Positions 1 through 2,113 of a stretch of 2,113 bases of DNA are shown in pieces (position 1 is the first letter of the stretch; each line of letters starts with the position of its first letter). The DNA comes from Escherichia coli (GTDB taxonomy: Bacteria > Pseudomonadota > Gammaproteobacteria > Enterobacterales > Enterobacteriaceae): NCBI RefSeq assembly GCF_013315695.1, contig NZ_CP054361.1. One strand, given 5' to 3'. A model generated the notes under the pieces. It had not been told where the DNA came from. It saw only the letters and a program-made list of their open reading frames with translations, and ran no database searches. The position numbers and the translations under genes are program-made.

Positions 1-82
1 GGTTTTGAGGATGAATTAATTTTATATATTCAGAAAACAAACGAGAGGGTAAAAACTCTTTTTGTGAAAATAGATTTAAACG

Positions 83-90
83 GTATCAAG
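83..90 (-). other. Candidate double-strand-origin nick motif CTTGATAC (minus strand), pC194/pUB110/phiX174-type
   Basis: Plus-strand GTATCAAG at 83-90 gives CTTGATAC on the minus strand (context CCAAACTTGATACCG). As I recall, CTTGATA is the conserved nick core of this Rep family. A 6-bp-stem hairpin (TAAGAA-CGCA-TTCTTA, 101-116) is adjacent. The motif is absent from the plus strand, and an 8-mer has a non-trivial chance occurrence in about 4.2 kb of two-strand sequence. Confidence 0.3.
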
Positions 91-140
91 TTTGGATTTT
101 TAAGAACGCATTCTTAGTTCTGGAAAAGAGCCAGCGGCAG

Positions 141-150
141 GCTGAGGTGA
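141..150 (-). repeat. Inverted dispersed copy of the repeat core (reads TCACCTCAGC on the minus strand)
   Basis: Plus-strand GCTGAGGTGA at 141-150 is the reverse complement of TCACCTCAGC, which contains the CCTCAGC core of the tandem unit and is identical to the plus-strand 10-mer at 890-899. Confidence 0.5.
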
Positions 151-165
151 TAGGTACGAGATTGC

Positions 166-294
166 ATGCAATCTCTAGTGCTCTGTCTATCCTGCATTAT
201 CCTCAGCATTATCCTCAGCATTATCCTCAGCATTATCCTCAGCCTTGCCAACTCGACACCAATGCAGGATAGACAATCCGATGTCAAATGTTAA
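166..294 (+). CDS. Hypothetical 42-aa hydrophobic peptide reading through the tandem repeat (MQSLVLCLSCIILSIILSIILSIILSLANSTPMQDRQSDVKC); speculative
   Basis: ATG at 166 follows an in-frame TAG at 151-153; stop TAA at 292-294. The 12-bp repeat is in frame and encodes IILS x4, giving a roughly 25-residue hydrophobic segment followed by a charged tail. Only a weak SD (GAG at 158-160). All three frames through the repeat are open, so this may be an artefact. Confidence 0.15.
   Translation: MQSLVLCLSCIILSIILSIILSIILSLANSTPMQDRQSDVKC
195..242. repeat. Tandem direct repeat, 4 perfect copies of 12-bp unit CATTATCCTCAG
   Basis: Identical units at 195-206, 207-218, 219-230 and 231-242. A degenerate partial copy (TATCCTG) lies at 188-194 and the array decays into CCTTGCC at 243. 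Confidence 0.95.
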
Positions 295-480
295 CACTCT
301 GCGAGTGGTACATTTTCCCCGGATTATCGTCCTGAGCCTGCCGCTGGCTCTCTTTCTACCGCCTCGCTTTGCTCGTTGCTCAACGCCTCACAGACACGGA
401 TTAAAATCCGCATCCGTTCACCGTTTTTTAAAGTCCGTTAAAAGCATGATGCCATCTCCGAGAGTTAATCTCGTCAAATG

Positions 481-517
481 CTAAATCGTGGGGGTCCCCT
501 TTGGGGTTCCGATTTAG
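481..517. repeat. 8-bp perfect inverted repeat (CTAAATCG / CGATTTAG) enclosing a G/C-tract core TGGGGGTCCCCTTTGGGGTTC
   Basis: 481-488 is the reverse complement of 510-517. The enclosed CCCC(496-499)-TTT-GGGG(503-506) can form a nested mini-hairpin. Confidence 0.85.
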
Positions 518-553
518 TGATTGACGACACCACCGATTAAAAAACTTATGCGG

Positions 554-586
554 GGTGGATGGTTTCACGAAGTGAGGCCATCCACC
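554..586. repeat. 9-bp perfect inverted repeat (GGTGGATGG / CCATCCACC) with 15-nt loop
   Basis: 554-562 is the reverse complement of 578-586. Confidence 0.85.
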
Positions 587-593
587 TGTAAGA

Positions 594-620
594 CAGGGTT
601 TTGTTTTTATTCCCTGTTTT
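594..620 (+). terminator. Weak hairpin plus T-run (CAGGG-N13-CCCTG-TTTT); possible intrinsic terminator or third hairpin of a structured origin
   Basis: 5-bp stem 594-598 / 612-616 with a T-rich 13-nt loop, followed by TTTT at 617-620. The short stem and long loop make this weak. Confidence 0.2.
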
Positions 621-801
621 GGTGATCGGGTGTGTGGAAAAGGTTGGGGTAAGCCGTTCGGGGGTGCTTGTTTTGGGGGGTTAAAATTGTGGTTATTTTT
701 TGCGCAATTCTCGCGCGTGATCCTTGTATTTATACTTAAGGGATAAATGGCGGATATGAAATAGTGGTTTAGCCCAGTAATGACGAGGCTTTGAGTGGGT
801 T

Positions 802-830
802 TTGACAGGTCAAAGAAAATGGAGCAGAAT
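802..830 (+). promoter_or_regulatory. Candidate sigma70-type promoter: TTGACA (802-807) - 17 bp - CAGAAT (825-830)
   Basis: Perfect -35 hexamer embedded in the palindrome TTTGACAGGTCAAA (801-814). The -10 match is only 4/6 but keeps the conserved A2 and T6. It would place the 850-877 hairpin in the rep leader. By-eye prediction only. Confidence 0.2.
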
Positions 831-849
831 TGAGGCGTTTTTAATCGGC

Positions 850-877
850 GTTGGGGAGTGCGTCAACACTCCCCAAC
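850..877. repeat. 11-bp perfect inverted repeat (GTTGGGGAGTG / CACTCCCCAAC) with 6-nt loop CGTCAA; candidate origin or operator hairpin
   Basis: 850-860 is the exact reverse complement of 867-877. The stem is GC-rich and lies about 120 bp upstream of the rep start. No T-run follows it on either strand, so it is not a typical intrinsic terminator. Confidence 0.85.
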
Positions 878-886
878 ATTTCGAAT

Positions 887-917
887 GTGTCACCTCAGCG
901 GCAAACTCTGGTGACAT
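887..917. repeat. 7-bp inverted repeat (TGTCACC 888-894 / GGTGACA 910-916) carrying a CCTCAGC core copy in its left arm and spacer
   Basis: Arms are exact reverse complements, separated by 15 nt. TCACCTCAGC at 890-899 matches the reverse complement of 141-150 and shares CCTCAGC with the tandem array. Confidence 0.6.
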
Positions 918-982
918 GTACTGGCTCGCAATGCACAGGTACGTGATGAATATACCACATCAAATCACAGCCTGCCCAGATC

Positions 983-986
983 GGAG
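983..986 (+). promoter_or_regulatory. Shine-Dalgarno sequence (GGAG) for rep
   Basis: GGAG at 983-986 with an 8-nt spacer (987-994) before the rep ATG at 995. Confidence 0.6.
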
Positions 987-994
987 CAGGCTTA

Positions 995-1960
995 ATGTCA
1001 GAAGATAAATTCCTTTCGGACTACAGCCCCCGTGATGCAGTTTGGGATACCCAGCGCACGCTTACCGATTCTGTCGGGGGTATCTACCAGACTGCTGCTG
1101 AATTCGAGCGCTATGCACTCCGTATGGCCTCCTGTAGCGGTTTGTTACGTTTTGGTTGGTCTACCATCATGGAAACCGGAGAAACGCGCCTACGGCTTCG
1201 TAGTGCGCAATTTTGCCGTGTCCGTCATTGCCCTGTCTGCCAGTGGAGAAGAACCCTCATGTGGCAAGCCCGTTTTTATCAGGCTCTACCGAAAATCGTT
1301 GTGGATTACCCGTCTTCCCGATGGTTGTTTCTGACGTTAACTGTCAGGAACTGCGAGATAGGTGAACTTGGAACAGTCCTTACAGCAATGAATGCGGCGT
1401 TTAAGCGAATGGAAAAGCGAAAGGAGCTATCACCTGTTCAGGGGTGGATCAGGGCTACGGAGGTGACGCGAGGTAAGGATGGCAGCGCACATCCGCATTT
1501 TCACTGTCTGCTGATGGTGCAACCTTCTTGGTTTAAAGGGAAGAACTACGTTAAGCACGAACGTTGGGTAGAACTCTGGCGCGATTGCTTGCGGGTGAAC
1601 TATGAGCCGAATATCGATATTCGGGCAGTAAAAACTAAGACAGGTGAGGTTGTGGCCAACGTTGCCGAGCAACTGCAAAGCGCGGTTGCTGAAACGCTGA
1701 AATACTCCGTTAAACCGGAAGATATGGCAAACGATCCTGAGTGGTTTCTTGAGCTGACGCGGCAGCTTCACAAGCGCCGTTTTATCTCGACCGGTGGGGC
1801 GCTAAAAAACGTCCTCCAGTTGGATCGAGAAACCAATGAGGATCTTGTCATTGCCGACGATGTAGGGGATGGCACTGATGACGGGAAGCGGACGGCGTTT
1901 GTCTGGGATTCAGGTAAACGGCGTTACAAACGCGCCCCTGAGAAGGATAAATCGGATTAA
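995..1960 (+). CDS. rep: Rolling-circle replication initiator protein, Rep_1 (pC194/pUB110) HUH endonuclease family, 321 aa
   Basis: ATG at 995 is the first start after an in-frame TGA at 944-946, with GGAG at 983-986 eight nt upstream. Translation shows CRVRHCPVC (aa 74-82, nt 1214-1240), FLTLT (aa 112-116, nt 1328-1342), HUH motif HPHFH (aa 166-170, nt 1490-1504), WVELWRD (aa 191-197) and ETLKYSVK with Glu233/Tyr237 (Tyr codon 1703-1705). Motif order and spacing match my recollection of pC194 RepA and pUB110 RepU (FLTLT, HPHFH, CPVC and KYSxK motifs). No search was run. Confidence 0.93.
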   Translation: MSEDKFLSDYSPRDAVWDTQRTLTDSVGGIYQTAAEFERYALRMASCSGLLRFGWSTIMETGETRLRLRSAQFCRVRHCPVCQWRRTLMWQARFYQALPKIVVDYPSSRWLFLTLTVRNCEIGELGTVLTAMNAAFKRMEKRKELSPVQGWIRATEVTRGKDGSAHPHFHCLLMVQPSWFKGKNYVKHERWVELWRDCLRVNYEPNIDIRAVKTKTGEVVANVAEQLQSAVAETLKYSVKPEDMANDPEWFLELTRQLHKRRFISTGGALKNVLQLDRETNEDLVIADDVGDGTDDGKRTAFVWDSGKRRYKRAPEKDKSD

Positions 1961-2113
1961 CGTATGAATATTAATATTGAATACCTGAATGGAAATAAGA
2001 CTATTGGTTTATTTTTTTTAAGAAGTGAAGCGGTGATTCCTGACAGGTTTAAAAACCTTATTTTGCTTATTGATGGATTAAGTTTTGGCACATTTGGTTT
2101 TCATCCGCACGAA

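Larger units (their letters stand above)
480..720. other. Candidate single-strand origin (sso) / structured non-coding region
   Basis: Three consecutive hairpins (481-517, 554-586, 594-616) followed by a G/T-biased stretch with G-tracts at 628-630, 646-649, 660-664 and 675-680 and short palindromes TTGCGCAA (700-707) and CGCGCG (712-717). No convincing ORF. RCR plasmids need an sso, but the assignment is inference only. Confidence 0.3.

Noticed and set aside
195-242. Possible CRISPR array
   Set aside because: The repeats are only 12 bp and directly abutting with no spacers; there are no cas genes. It is a simple tandem repeat.
245-484. 79-aa ORF on the plus strand (MPTRHQCRIDNP...)
   Set aside because: It starts at a TTG with no recognisable SD, and the first in-frame ATG is 12 codons in. 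The product is Pro/Arg/His/Ser-rich with no recognisable domain, and the reading frame is simply the downstream continuation of the repeat array. Most likely a spurious ORF in origin or control DNA; I cannot exclude it without comparative data.
489-680. Canonical G-quadruplex
   Set aside because: G-tracts are present but separated by 10-15 nt loops, or are paired with complementary C-tracts that favour a hairpin (489-509). A canonical short-loop G4 is not supported from sequence alone.
720-760. Plus-strand dso nick site resembling pC194 (TAAGGG-containing AT-rich segment CCTTGTATTTATACTTAAGGGATAAATGG)
   Set aside because: Only a loose resemblance (shared TAAGGG, and CTTGTAT versus CTTGATA) to the pC194 nick region as I recall it. 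No exact CTTGATA exists on the plus strand. Kept as a possibility in the text but not called as a feature.
802-1008. 68-aa ORF overlapping the rep start
   Set aside because: It begins at the TTG that is part of the TTGACA candidate -35 element, runs through the 850-877 and 887-917 inverted repeats, and overlaps the rep SD and start codon in another frame. It is more plausibly the rep leader or control region than a gene.
1032-1334. 100-aa ORF in an alternative plus-strand frame inside rep
   Set aside because: Entirely embedded in the rep coding region, whose own frame carries the conserved family motifs. No independent start signals and no recognisable product.
1430-1771. 113-aa antisense ORF inside rep
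   Set aside because: Lies opposite the HUH and catalytic Tyr coding region of rep. Antisense ORFs of this length are common by chance in coding DNA, and the product has no recognisable features.
2006-2070. Intrinsic terminator for rep
   Set aside because: The T-run at 2012-2019 is not preceded by a convincing GC-rich stem, and the AGGTT/AACCT palindrome (2045-2058) is AT-rich and weak. No confident terminator call.
1-2113. tRNA, rRNA, transposase, integrase or mobilisation (mob/oriT) functions
   Set aside because: No ORF with such features and no cloverleaf-like or IS-like terminal inverted repeat structure was recognised; the only substantial ORF is rep.

Overview
The window looks like a minimal rolling-circle-replicating (RCR) plasmid-type replicon: one confident gene plus about 1 kb of repeat-rich, hairpin-rich non-coding DNA. 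The gene (995-1960, + strand) encodes a 321-aa Rep_1 / pC194-pUB110-family HUH replication initiator. It carries all the family motifs in the canonical order: a Cys cluster (CRVRHCPVC), FLTLT, the HUH motif HPHFH, and a Glu/Tyr catalytic motif (ETLKYSVK). The 2113-bp length is close to the size of known small enterobacterial RCR plasmids, so this may be a nearly complete replicon, but I cannot show circularity from the sequence. Upstream of rep are four perfect tandem 12-bp repeats (CATTATCCTCAG) whose CCTCAGC core recurs in two dispersed copies, an 11-bp perfect inverted repeat, three further hairpins in a G-tract-rich segment, and AT-rich flanks. A CTTGATAC motif matching the pC194/pUB110-type nick sequence occurs only on the minus strand (83-90). 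The most speculative observation is a 42-codon ORF (166-294) that reads through the tandem repeat and would encode a small hydrophobic peptide. All functional assignments for the non-coding elements are hypotheses; no database search or folding computation was possible, and family comparisons are from memory.
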